From Amphiscolops sp. MND2022 (taxonomy: Eukaryota), in contig OZ076409.1 of NCBI GenBank assembly GCA_964187785.1, positions 52,144,001-52,208,000 of the forward strand: 64,000 bases of DNA, written 5' to 3'. The notes below the pieces were generated by a model, which was not told the DNA's origin, did no database searches, and saw only the letters and a program-made list of their open reading frames with translations. Positions 20,011 to 32,384 of this stretch are shown here, in pieces (the stretch's first letter is position 1; each line of letters opens with the position of its first letter). Position numbers and translations under genes: made by a program.

Positions 20011-23000
20011 CGATGGTGGGAGTGGGGGTATGATTGCGGTCAACGTGAATTCTAATCCACTCTTTTCATGCCGCGTCCATTCCTTAAAACGGTAGGTGGG
20101 GCCATCTAATGGAGATGTTTCTTGCATGGCTTTTAGTGTGGTTTCCAGGGGTGGGACCACGGCTGGTCCAATGCTCGAATAGGTCTTTTCCACGGTAATC
20201 ACAACGTGATGTACTTGTGGAACCTCTTGGTCCTTAGCTTGTATGTTTCGAATGTATTGCATGTGATCTTCCGTTGTTTCAGTAACAACTGTGTCTGGGG
20301 CAGGAGCGTCTACTCCCCGGGCCAATCGCTTGTTCGGTGGTTTCACACTAATTAGGTTGACGCAACTACAGTTACGGGAACCACATGTTCCGCAGCGATA
20401 TCTAGGAGTTCTATTGCGTCGCAGCAAATAGGGTGGTGCTCGTGAGGTTGTTGTTTGTTCCGCTTCTGATTGCTCTGATGATAAACTTTCTGCAATGTTG
20501 GGTAGCGTCATTGCACGTTCCACGGTTTGAGATTGTGCTCTAGTTCGCAATCTGCCTCTCGATCTGGTGTACGGTCGGTGCGTGCTTGCAAGTGCTCTGC
20601 TTGATGAGTTGGCACTTCCTCTTCTACGATTTGGAGGTCTGCCTCTTGGCCTGCCTCTTCTACTCGCGGTTCTCCCCGATGATGGCGATGCTTCCATGCT
20701 GTGTCTGGGTTCTGGAATTTCTCTGTCAGTTCTTTCTTGGGGTTCGGGTCCCTCCTCGATAGTTTGTAGTCCTGCCGAGCTACCAGCTCGGGAATTGAAT
20801 AGTGGGAAATTGCTCAATGTGTCGGTTAAAGCTGGGTTCGAGAGCAATGGTGCTGATGTTCCTGATAGCGAGGGTATCAGACTTGGTGTTGGTTCTGGCC
20901 TGACTTCCTCTTGGTCTGAATACAGTGGTTCCAAATCATCGATATAAGGGTAGATCATTGGTTGTTGTGGCTCTTCAATGGGTTGATCCATTTGTTCTTG
21001 GTCGGATTCCGACTCAGAAGGGTATCCAAAATGACTGAATCGTCTTCGAGGGATTCCTCGTTCTAGAGCAGACTGAGTACGTGTTTGAATCGTGCTCGGG
21101 GGAACGGGCGCGGTCGGTTCCATCTCGAATGATGCCTCTGGCAGTTGTTCTGGAAGAAATGAGTCACGCGATATGTCTGACGTTATCTCCTCATTACTTT
21201 CCTCCACGTATGGGTCTGCGATGATGGCAACATTCTGGTCTAACACAAAGGGTTGATGTGCCGCCCAATCCCACGGCGCAGGCACATGCTTCTTCAGGCG
21301 TTCGAAGTGGACCTTTTGTCCTGTATCCAAAACGTATAATCTTCCATCTTGTAATACATCTGTGACCTTGTGAGGTCCACGCCAGGCACGAAGGAGTTTG
21401 CGGGTGCCACCTTTAGGAATTATGTGGCAGAAAACCCAAACAGCATCACCCACCGCGTGAGCTTTTGCTTTCAAATGCTTGTCGAACTTCTGTTTTTGTC
21501 GTATTTGCGCCTGGTGTGTGTTTCGGCGATCAAGTTCGTGGATTTCTTGTTGTCGAGCAAGTAGGTGCTCCACAAATTCTTCTTTGGACTCAAACTCTCG
21601 CGCTGCAAATTCTGGGTATATAAACGAGAGTGGAATGGATTTTTCTGCGCCATGTTGGAGCATATAGGGGGAAAATCCGGTCGTTGCATGCCTGGTAGAA
21701 TTATAGGCACCCAAGACTCCGTCTATGTGTTCATCCCAGTCAAGCACTCTTCGAGACGTATAGACTCGGAGCAAGGTCAGTAATGTTCGGTTTTGACGTT
21801 CCACTAAACCATTACCTCTCGGATGAGCTGGAGTAGACGTTATTTTGGTTACTTGCGAAGCTTTCATCAGTTCTTGAGCAATCTCAGCAGTAAAGTTGGT
21901 GGCATTGTCCGATTGCATCCTGGCAGGTGTGCCGTGTCTTGCAAACCATTTGTTCAGGATAATCTTTGCAGTCGTCTGGGCGTCATATTCGTCGTGTGCA
22001 CATGGGATTGCCTCTGCAAATTTAGTGAAATGGTCGATGATGGCTAGCAATCCATTATTCCCTGACGTTGTTTTGCATAACTTCAAATGGTCGAACTGCA
22101 CCAGGTCATTGAAATTGCTGCTGTTGATACTTTGTAACGGATAACAGGGGTTCCCAGCGGGATGTTTCGTCTGTTGGCATGTTAGGCAGTGCTTAATATG
22201 ATTGACAACATCACGCTTGATGTCTGGCCAAGTGTGGCGCTCTTGGATTCTTGTCAACACTTTACCAACGCCTTGGTGTCCTGATTCGTCATGCGCTCTG
22301 TACAGGATTTCGTGTTGGTATAGCTGGGGCATGACGATCATACACGGTCGTATGTGCATCGCGCGTTGCCGCGGGATGTAGTTGACACACAAGATATCGT
22401 TTTGATTCAGGAACAGTAAGTCTTTTTTCTGGTGAAAGTACCGTTTGGCAAAGTCTTGCACGTCTTCGGGAAACAACGTATCCTCAAGTGGCCCGTTCTT
22501 CATGAGTTTCTTCAGCGCTAGCAGATGTACATCTCTGTTTTGAGCTAGATGAAGATCTTTCAATCCGCGCATTGTTGACTGATGCTCGTGAAGCTCAGTC
22601 CCGACTAGCCGGAGGACGTCAGCTTGTTCCTGACACGGCGTAGGCAATCTACGCAGTGCTGGGTCACGTTGGATGGTGTCCAGACGTGCCGCCGGCACTT
22701 TGGTCATTACGCTAAGGATACAATTCGGTCTGTCGTCTTCGGTTGAAGTCGGAGTTGTTTCCCATTGCACCTGTGGGTACCATGGTATGGAATTCAGGGA
22801 CGGGTCTGATGTCAGATCTTCCTTTGGTGGCTTCTTCAAAATGTACAGTACTGGAAGTTGTGCTTTAGCTTCCAGTGGAAGCTCTGGATGGTTTGGGATA
22901 AATTTTCCATGTTTGTCGATATAGGGCACAGTGGGGAGTTCTTCGTAGTCTTTCTGGGGCATGAAGCTGAATCCCTTACTCACTTCTGGTAGAGTTTCCA

Positions 23001-26000
23001 CAATCTTCTCCCGATGTACGTAGTCATTGGTCCTTTTGCTAAGACCATCCACATTTCTATGTTGTGTGCGCGGTCTGTGGATCGTCTTGAAATGATATTG
23101 GTCGAGGCGCGCAATCCAGCGTCCAATCATGGCTTGATCCATTGAATATGTCTTCAGCCATGAGAGAGCCTGGTTATCCACGCGCAGCGTGAATTCTCTA
23201 CCTGCAAGGTAGGAATGAAATTTCTCGATAAAATAGAATACTGCATACATTTCCAGCTTCGGGGCGCCATATTTCATTTGTGTTTTAGTCAGTGACTTAC
23301 TGCCATAAACAATAGGACGAAGAATGGTTTTCCCATTGTATTGTTGTTCTTGGTGCAGTATGCCGGCTATAGCAACTGCACTGGCATCTGTGTCTAGAAC
23401 GAAACGTCCTTCTTCGTTGGGCGCTGCCAAAGCTGTGGCATCGACCAATGCCTGCTTTACTGCATCAAACGCTTCTTGGTGTCTTTCTTTCCAGTAGAAG
23501 TGTTGGTTCTTTTTTAACAACTCCTGCATAGGTTGCACCTTAGCAGCATGAAAAGGAATGAAATCTCGGTAGTAGTTCGCAAAACCAAGGAAGCTCTGTA
23601 ATTCTTCTCTGTTTCTGGGGGGCATCCATTCCTGGATTTTGCTGACAGCAGCCGGGTCAGTCTTTATGACTTCGGCCGAAACTACTCTTCCAAGGTATTT
23701 GGTTTCAGTGCGCATGAAGTCGCATTTCTCTGCTCGCATCTTGAAACCTGCCTCTCTGAGACACTCGAACACTTCTCTAATTCTTTCCAAGTGGTCTTCG
23801 ATGGTTTCTGTCGCAATCACTATGTCATCTATGTATGCCATGACCACGCTTCCATGTCGTTGTTGGATCTTCTGTAGAGCTCTCGTGATTGATCGCTGAA
23901 AGGTGGCCGATGCATTGCATAGCCCGAAGGGCATGCGCCGCTATTCGAACAGGCCAAGTTCACACGCGAACGCCGTTTTTCTGCGATCACGCTTCTTCAG
24001 TGGAATTTGCCAAAAAGCCCACGCCAAATCTATGCTCGTGAAGATCTTTGCATTCCCAATCCTCGAGAGGCTTTCATCGATTCTGGGTAGTGGAAATGCG
24101 TCCTTCACTGTTACATCATTTAGCGGGCGGAAGTCACAGCAAAAGCGAAGCTCGCCTGATTTCTTTTTCACCATGACTATGCCACTGGCCCACGGAGAGA
24201 AGGAGGGTTGTATCAGACCAAGGGCCAGCAAATTTTGCACTTCCTGATTGGCTTTCGCCGCCTTATCAGGGGACATTCGCCTAGCTCCTTCTCGGTGAGG
24301 TATAGCCTCCGGCTCTAGCTCTATCTTGTGCTTTGCAATCTTACACCTACCTATGTCAGACTTATTTTTCATGAATAGGTCTTCGTACTCATTTAATATA
24401 GTTTCTAACTTGTTTCTCGCCTCTTCCCCCCATGAAGAAAGGACGGAAGAGAGGTCGGGGCCTGGGATTGCTTTTAACAGCTGTGGATCTGTCCTTTTGC
24501 GCTTTTCATTATCTGATAAACCTGCCTCAGACGGTTCGGTCGACGATAAAAAGTTTTGGGCAAAGGAACTGAATTCTGAACTGGTGTCCATATCAAAGTT
24601 TCTATGTATTTGATTTACATACTCGGCAGAAAGCGTCGAAGCTTCACCTTCAGTTTGCATAAGAACAGAGTTCAATACAAAAGTGGTAAGCGCCGCTTTG
24701 CCAATTACAGTTTGTGCTTTGATTTTCACCCGTTCTTTATCAGTTTGGTTTCGGATGGCTAAAAATACTATACCTCCTTCTCCCACAGAAGTTAGTGTAT
24801 CTTCTGAAACAAAGACTGAAGTGGACTTTATGCTACATGAGTGGACCGTTACGTTTCGAAACAGAAAAGTGTCAGGTTGTTGCGTGATGATTTTCGCACG
24901 CACTATCTTCCTTTCGAATGGACCTAGTATTATGTCTTCAGTGGAAACTACAAACGATGGTTCGTGGTCGCTTACCTCATGAGTGGCTTTAAAGATTCGA
25001 GGTGTTTTGGGATCGCGGATCGTCACTTTCATTGCTGTTAGGTCCACCAACACGTTGTATGTGCGCAAGAAATTGCGACCCAGGAGGAAATCCTCTGACC
25101 CAATATGATCGGCTATAACTACAAAGTTGGTCTTCAGAGTGTATCCGCCGAGCTGAAAGTTTACATCTTCGGCTATACCCACGGTGGTGATGTTTTTACC
25201 ATTGGCAGCGAAGAGTTCAACGTCATATGGTGATAGGCTCAGCTTATGCTGGGAGGCAATATTTTTATACGCACTCAATGAAAGGATGGAAACTCCCGAA
25301 CCGGTGTCAATCATGCCGAAAAGTGGTATCGGCTTTTGCAGAGGAGTTCCGAATGCTACTACTAGCGAGGCTCGCTCATCAATCTGGGCCTCCCCTTGTG
25401 CATCTTGCACTCCAATGCTATAACAACGCAGTTCTTGCCTGCCCAGATATAGGCCTTGCGGAAAGTGTCCTTCCAGGACAACAATCGCATCAAACCTCAT
25501 GTCCACACCATCAACCGTGATCGCAACGGGAACTGGCGCGATTGTCTTCACCCTCTGTATCTGGGCCAGCTTGGTCTCATCATTCCTTGTGAAGTGGGGT
25601 AGTGGTCGCGAAGCTATCGTCAAACTGGTATTGCGGCACAGTTCTTCTTTCAGTTGTGGTAATGTGAGACTTGGACGCGCCTTTTGTTCTGCGGATAACA
25701 ACAGATGGATGGATATTAGTGTTTCAGTACAGTCAGGCGCTGGTGCCTCAAGTGTCGTCAAGATTTGTTTCTCGCCACAAGTTACAACCACAGGGCGTGA
25801 CGGGCCTCCGTCTCCCGAAGTCGAGATTACCCTTATTTGATCCTCTGAATCGCAAAAGTCTGTTGAGTTTGCGACCGGGGCGTACCACGCCGCTTTTACT
25901 TGTTCTTCCGTTGCAACATTGTGAGGCGTCTTACAATCAGATGCCACGTGGCCTACATGACCACAATTAACACAGAATGCTGATGTTCCTTGTTCTGGTA

Positions 26001-26040
26001 GGGTTGCGGGCATTAAGTCATCATTCATGCCGCGTGGGTT
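19843..26040 (-). pseudogene. pol: Gypsy pol (second zinc knuckle, PR, dUTPase-like, RT, RNase H, integrase); in-frame TAG at 23941-23943 where Trp is expected
   Basis: CVNCGHVGHVASDC; IDTGSG; SPWASGIVMV.KK..LRFCCDFRPLN; FE*RRMPFGL; YIDD; LDTDAS; HDESGH..CLTC; FDHL..SDNA..VERQNRTL; WRGPHKV. Confidence 0.96.
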
Positions 26041-28578
26041 CTACGGGCACACCCATTCTCCAGCTGTGTTCGTGCGACACGAATTAACTATTTGCTGTAC
26101 TGGTTTCCATGCTCGGTCTTTCAAAGGACAATCGGCTGCAAAGTGTGAAGGATCTCCACAATTGAAACATGTTCGCTGCGGTTGTTGTCGGAAAGCTGGA
26201 GGCTGTTGTGGGAATTGCTGGGCGTTAGGCGCTTGAGGGGCTTGTGCCTGTGCTTGGTTTTGCGGGTTCGCTGCGACAGGCGGCTGTTGTTGTTGTTGTG
26301 GTGCAGGATAATTTTCCGAACGTGTCGAACCACGCATACGCAGGTATTGTTGTACCGTGAATCGTAAGGCCTCCACAGTTGGGGGTGTGTCCACATACTG
26401 TTCCTGTGCATACATGAGTGCAAGGTTTCGTTTCAACTCATAGCTTCGTACCCCTTCGATGAACTTCTGCATAATTTCATAGCGCCTCACCGCAACTTCC
26501 TCGTTGGGAAAACCTTGGCTGCGCAAACCTTCCAATGCGTCAAGATATTGCATGTAGTCTTCATCCGGGGACTGATTACGTGTACGGAACTGTTGTTGTA
26601 TTTGGATCTTAATAGATCCTGTTCCAAATCTTCGTGCTAGCAGCGCGAAGACTTTTTCATCAGTATCGCGTTCCGCTTCTGATTTATTCGTAATATAGTC
26701 TCGTGCTTCATTTTCTAGAAATTCCACAATTGTCCATGCTTTGTCTAAAGGAGTGTCTTTTGCATGGGCTTTTTCTAGGTAACGCCTCATCAGCATTAGC
26801 CAGCCATCCACTATTCCATCGCGTGTGCCACGATACTTGGTAGGCTTGTTCTTGGATTCTTTGGCTGCCAATAATGGCTCCAGAGCTTTGGACATCGCGG
26901 TGGTTATTGCTTCCGCCAACGCTTGGCTGTGTATAGCATTCGGAGCGTTGTCCTTGTCCTTGGCAGCTCCCTCCACCGTTCCAGTGTTCAGGTTCCTTCT
27001 CGAGATTGTCTTCCTTTGCGTGCTAGAGGCCAATGACCGTAATTGATCGTTATTATGGGGTAACATTGAGCGCTTTGTGCCAAGCATTGACGAAACAGCA
27101 GTTTGATATTCGGTACTTCCTGATGCTGTTTTCATATTACTATGCATTTGGTCGCTGGCCGCCGAGTAATAATCTCCAGTCGTTGAGGCACCTCTAGCAT
27201 ATGGGTCGAATGAAGGGGGGCCTGATATGTCACAGCGCTCTACTTCAGTTTGAGTGGTTGTTGACAGTTGGGTTTTCATCGGCACCTGCTTGTACGCTGC
27301 GGGTGGTTGCAACTTTGGCTGTTTTGTCTGATCCGGTTTCGTCACACATTGGCGTTTGGCAACTTCTCGGTAGGAGGGGTGTTGACTAGGAGACGCACTC
27401 GTAGATGGTATGTCGGCAGAGTTTGGTGCCATCGGCACGGGTGTGGGACGGTTTGGTATCGCCGCCACTACGGTCTTCACCCCTAGGGTTAAATCTTGAA
27501 CCGTAGTCATGAGGTCCACCATGCGTTTGTCGACATCTAAATCTCTGTGGTGCATCATTTCGGACATGTGTTTTAGGCGCTCATCCGCTTGTCGATCTCT
27601 TTGCACCATTATTGCCGTCATCTCCGATATACGTTTTTCCGTTAGGTCCTTGACTGATGCTACGGACGTTTCTATCTTGCCCTGGTTGACTCGTCCTTCC
27701 ATCTTGATCTCACTCACCTCCTTTCGTAACTCTTCTACTTCCATTACCAAAATTTCTGTCCGACGGACATGGTCAGTGTTTTCCTGGGCTAACTTTACTT
27801 GGACTCGTTTCAATTGTTCCATACTACGTCCAAAATCTTCTCGTATGGCTTCTGTTTCTTTGATACCTCTGGCGATCGTCGAATTTGGGGATGCTGCACT
27901 GCCGGCATCGGAGTGTTGGAGCGTTGCCGTGCGTTCCAGTCGTAAGGTGCTGGGACCCAGCAATGGTGGTGTAGTGGAGGCATAGTTCTGGAGAGCCACT
28001 CCTTTTCTGGTCTTCCGCTTTCCCGGCTGACTTTCCGAAGGAGCAATCGCAGTGTCACCTAATGTATTGCTATTGCTATCAAACACTGGTACTCCGGAAC
28101 CCAGCGGGTCCGCTTTCGTGCCCAGGTGAGGGGTGATTTCTCCCAAAGTCATGCCCACATTCATATTTTCAACCCACTTACTGATATCCGAGCTAGTAGC
28201 TACCTCTCTATTCGAGTTCGGCCAGTCCCCGGTAATAATCACGGAAGTGTTCAGAGGAGGCCATACGTTGGTATGGTTCATGGTAGTCTCATTAGCTAGT
28301 TCGGTGCTATCAAAGGACATCTTGGAGGAATTTGCTTGTCTCGTACGCGCAATTTGCGAATTTTGCTCAATGTTAGACACGTTATCTGACATTACGTCGT
28401 CTAAAAACAGGTCGGCGATCATATCTAGCGGTGCTATTTCAGCTTGTGTACTCAGGGTATGCAACTCTTCTATGTTGTTCGCGAACGGGTTGGTAGCATG
28501 AAATTCGTTAGACTCCACTGATGTCTCACTCATGAATAATAAATATTCCCACTGACTCAAACTCATTTTTACTTGCAC
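26041..28578 (-). CDS. gag: Gypsy Gag with long N-terminal/coiled-coil extension and CCHC knuckle (first ATG 28566)
   Basis: KPTKYRG..VDGWL, QFRTRNQSPDEDYMQYLDALEGL, KFIEGVR, CFNCGDPSHFAADC; ends in a TAG in frame with pol. Confidence 0.93.
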   Translation of the reverse strand: MQVKMSLSQWEYLLFMSETSVESNEFHATNPFANNIEELHTLSTQAEIAPLDMIADLFLDDVMSDNVSNIEQNSQIARTRQANSSKMSFDSTELANETTMNHTNVWPPLNTSVIITGDWPNSNREVATSSDISKWVENMNVGMTLGEITPHLGTKADPLGSGVPVFDSNSNTLGDTAIAPSESQPGKRKTRKGVALQNYASTTPPLLGPSTLRLERTATLQHSDAGSAASPNSTIARGIKETEAIREDFGRSMEQLKRVQVKLAQENTDHVRRTEILVMEVEELRKEVSEIKMEGRVNQGKIETSVASVKDLTEKRISEMTAIMVQRDRQADERLKHMSEMMHHRDLDVDKRMVDLMTTVQDLTLGVKTVVAAIPNRPTPVPMAPNSADIPSTSASPSQHPSYREVAKRQCVTKPDQTKQPKLQPPAAYKQVPMKTQLSTTTQTEVERCDISGPPSFDPYARGASTTGDYYSAASDQMHSNMKTASGSTEYQTAVSSMLGTKRSMLPHNNDQLRSLASSTQRKTISRRNLNTGTVEGAAKDKDNAPNAIHSQALAEAITTAMSKALEPLLAAKESKNKPTKYRGTRDGIVDGWLMLMRRYLEKAHAKDTPLDKAWTIVEFLENEARDYITNKSEAERDTDEKVFALLARRFGTGSIKIQIQQQFRTRNQSPDEDYMQYLDALEGLRSQGFPNEEVAVRRYEIMQKFIEGVRSYELKRNLALMYAQEQYVDTPPTVEALRFTVQQYLRMRGSTRSENYPAPQQQQQPPVAANPQNQAQAQAPQAPNAQQFPQQPPAFRQQPQRTCFNCGDPSHFAADCPLKDRAWKPVQQIVNSCRTNTAGEWVCP

Positions 28579-31345
28579 AGTTTTTGCATCTCAATTAAAT
28601 TAGATTTTCTTTCGTCTTTCACTCACTCCTTCCCTTCAACAAATTGAATTAAAGGCAACTCAAAAATGGAAGTTTTGATCTCTTTCTCCGATATTCTAAC
28701 TAAATTGTCGTGCTATTAAGTTCTAGAGTTTGTAGCTCGTGATCGCCCTCTTGATTCTATTTCGAGATCAGCTGACTGTCATAAACTTCACACTCCTAAT
28801 TACATGCACTAACTCAAGATTACATGCACTGGTGTTAGTCACCACTAATCAAAACAGAAAGGTTTATATCCCCACTAACTGTAGATAATTATTCTACACA
28901 AATTCAAAGTTAAGCTTTTTAAGTTTTTTTTACAGTTACTCACACTAAACTATGCTTTATCCAGCCACAGGCTATGTGGTCGGGATAACTAAAAGGTTTT
29001 GGCGCGCTATCAGAACTTTGCAGAGATTTATTCAAGAAATCACCGCGCTTTTCTTCTGGGAGCGCACACTATGTCACTCATACTGACTTTCAATAGTAGA
29101 GCACCTGGGGTATTGCTACAACAAGGGATGTCGGGAACTAGACCTTGGGGGTGAGTAGGTGTTAGGATACTTCCAAACAAGAGAGTTATCGTAATCTGAT
29201 CGTAACATGATCAATGGAAACGCAGTTCTTTACAATTTCGAATGCTACTATACTCAATTTTCTGTCTCGAGACGCACCGCGTCCACTATCCACGTCTTCT
29301 AGAGAACTCTTATTTGCGTTTTAGCTCTCTCGCGTCACTTCTCAGTCGAGGCAAGCGTGAAAGCACCTGTCAGTTCGCACTTAGGTGACCCTGGTGGCCG
29401 TTGGGAGAGGAAATACAATTTTTGCGTTTTGCACTCCTATGTCTCGTAGACAGCTTTTTGACAAACCCAAGATTTTAGGGTTGAGCTAGCTCCATTCTGA
29501 TTACTTCAATGGGACGAGCTATGGATGCCTGGTGTAGAATTAGGGTCGTTTAAACCTTCGCTCTCAACTACACCTACGAAAAGTGTACAATTTTTCGCAA
29601 AATTTCTCAAAATCGGCAATTCTTTCGCCAAAGTGCACGCCTGGAGAAGGTGAAGATCACTTCTAGAGCTACTAGCGACCTGAACATTTGACACAGTATA
29701 TTACTGTGACCAAATCGTGAGAAAATTACCGCCGATTGCGCCAAAATTGATTATACGTGATTTGAGGTTGCTTCAGAATGTTGTTTGAAGAATCGACTAT
29801 GTTGTGAAATTTACAAAAGTCTGTCAAACTCGCCTTCTAGGCTTTCTAGCAACCTGAAATTTTGTATGCGAGCGTGAATTATACCCACGTAACAGAAAAA
29901 CAAAATAGCGAGGTGCCCAAGTCAATATTCCGCAATCCGAGTTGACAAAACTATGATGTACCCTATTAGTCACTTCCTTGGGCCAAAATTCACAAAAATG
30001 TCAATTTCTCCAAATTGGACAGTAGCAAGCTGCTCAAAATGCACAAATTGTCGGGATCTAGTGCTGTTTGTACGAAAATGCAAGAATTTTAGTGCTGGGA
30101 TACTACGAAGGTATTGCACTGTGCTCAACTAAAATTCGATTTTTTTGACAGTTTCGTACAATTTTTGAGCAAAACTGCGGCTAAGATTTCTCAATCACCA
30201 GTAGTGCAGTAGTGGTAGCGCTACGAAAATTACACCACTAACGTAACTTTTTACGGTCTACACGATGGTGCAATCCGTTTTGAGCTACTCCTAGTAGGAG
30301 AGATTTCGACCTATCTTGGGGACACTACTCCAGTGTTCCGAAAATGTCGCAAAAACAACGCGTTTTCGGCTATTTCTCAGCAACTACTGGTTGGAATCAC
30401 TCGCGGTTTTCTGCGTTTGCAACGTTATACCCTATACTAACGGAAAATAGGCAAGCGAAACCTGGCAGGTTCCAAATAAGGTCTCTCAAAATAACTTTCA
30501 AGTTGCACCTTTGACACTCTGGGAACAATGTGAAAAATACGTATTTTCCCTAGGAACTTTTTATTTCTCGGTTCCCAGATGTTCGGGATAGTTCTAAACT
30601 TAAAGTTTTCTCTATAAAAACCGCTAATTTTCTCAATGTTTCAACAATTTAGCCCAGCAAATTTTTCTGTTCCTGACCTAGCAGGTCTGATGAAACGTTT
30701 TTTTCGTATTCCCACTGGCCGTATCCTTTTCCACTAGATTTCAACTTTCAACACCTCAAAAATCGGTATTTGAGCTATATATGGTGTTATTTTCGAGGTT
30801 TTCGCGCTCAAACTTTTAATCAACTGGTCTAAACACCCACAGGGTATTTTCCCCAGTTAATTTTAGTGGGAACAGGCCTGGGAATATGCTTTTTGGGCCG
30901 ATTATTAGCAAGAATTAGCAATATAACCCGATTGATGTGGGTATACGGCAACTACAGGGGTGCTGGAGGTGTGATGTCGTAGGTGCTCACACACTGTCGT
31001 CAGCTGATTGGGGCCTTCAGCACTCGTCCTCCCGGTCCCCATACATTGCTAATTTACTGAAACGGAGCTACAAAACCCTTTATAACTAGTTCCGGATAGG
31101 CCGGATTAACATTTTCAACAGGTATTATCAAAATACAAGGGGTGCACTGTCTGAAATCGTCGATTTTGGGTTTCAGACCTCGGAAATACGCAGGGCACGC
31201 AGGAAAAACACTAGTACAAGGCCCACAGGGCTAGAATAAGGCATTAAAAACAATCTACGACTCTCCAAGAAGTTTTCCTAGATCCAGACCTAGCAGGGCC
31301 GGAAAGCAGGAAAAACTCCAATTATGGCGAAAAGATGGAAAAAAC

Positions 31346-31363
31346 GTCCCTTGTGGGGCGCCA
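31346..31363 (-). promoter_or_regulatory. Primer binding site, tRNA-Lys-like
   Basis: TGGCGCCCCACAAGGGAC versus canonical Lys(UUU) PBS TGGCGCCCGAACAGGGAC; 16 nt from the LTR edge. Confidence 0.7.
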
Positions 31364-31379
31364 TAAAAACTACTCTAGA

Positions 31380-32095
31380 TGTAACGTCAAGCAAGTAACG
31401 CACATACCAGAACTGGGACAGTACTTACGTTGCCTAGACAGGAGACCATAGTCCTATAACAAGCCTAAATACTAGTTTTTCATCCCTAAAGGTCTCCTAG
31501 GGACTTTTCCAAAACACCGTGGAGATTCCTCTTATTAGAGCTCCGTGGCGACGCGCCGGCACACTCAAAGTCCGGACACGTCCCATAAGCGTGTAAAAAC
31601 GTTCCTAAAGGCTTCCTGCGGCTCTACATACTTCCGAGGTCCGAAAACAGGGCTCTAGCTGAAATGCATTCTATTTCAGAAAATAACGTCTAAACACTCC
31701 ATCACAAGGATCTGGCAGATCCAACATCATCAAAAATCTGTAAATCAAAACTAATGACATTACAATCAATCAAGATTGGCATTTCTGGCATGTTTCTATC
31801 AAATTCGCGATTCTCTTCATCTCCTTTGCTGTGGGATATCTGAATCTCAGAACGTTTTTGCATTAAAAACGCACTTTTCTGGGGAGATGACAACAATCCG
31901 AGCATTTTTCTTGTTCTTCCACATCGTGTCAGTGTCTTTTCTTCCTTTTTGGGTCGGGGTTGGGTTCGTCTGTCTTCTTTTCTGCTTCCTTTTTGGTTTC
32001 AACGACCTGCCAGGTCGGCCATTTTGACTCGCACACTTTTTGGTTCTTGATCGAATTTTTCATCGAAAATTTGGTGCTGACTGGTGGACGTTACA
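31380..32095 (-). repeat. Gypsy 5' LTR
   Basis: Direct repeat of 13264-13978. Confidence 0.97.
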
Positions 32096-32384
32096 CTAAT
32101 TGGAATTGGAATGGATTTTTTTCAGGGAATTGGAATTGGAATTGAAACGTTTAATTTCAATTGGAATTGAAATGTTTTGAGTAATTGGAATTGAAATTCA
32201 TAAAAATAATTACCGAGAAAGCCTTTTAAGGACAATAAAACAACATCAAGTAATAAGGTTGAATTAATTGCCAATAACCGTAACCGTCAACATGAACAAA
32301 AAAGTATCAATAATGCTTGAATTAAAGTCATTCATCAAAAATGCATAGTTTTTGTTTAGGAAAACATTTCTTTGGTGATGATGG

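Larger units (their letters stand above)
13264..32095 (-). mobile_element. Giant (18.8 kb) Ty3/Gypsy LTR retrotransposon with accessory domains and an extra ORF3
   Basis: Two ~715 bp LTRs (TGTAACGTC...GACGTTACA), domain order gag-PR-RT-RH-IN, PBS and PPT present. Confidence 0.97.

Noticed and set aside
14657..28501. Many plus-strand ORFs of 60-160 aa across the Gypsy interior
   Set aside because: Antisense shadows of long minus-strand ORFs with no recognisable motifs.
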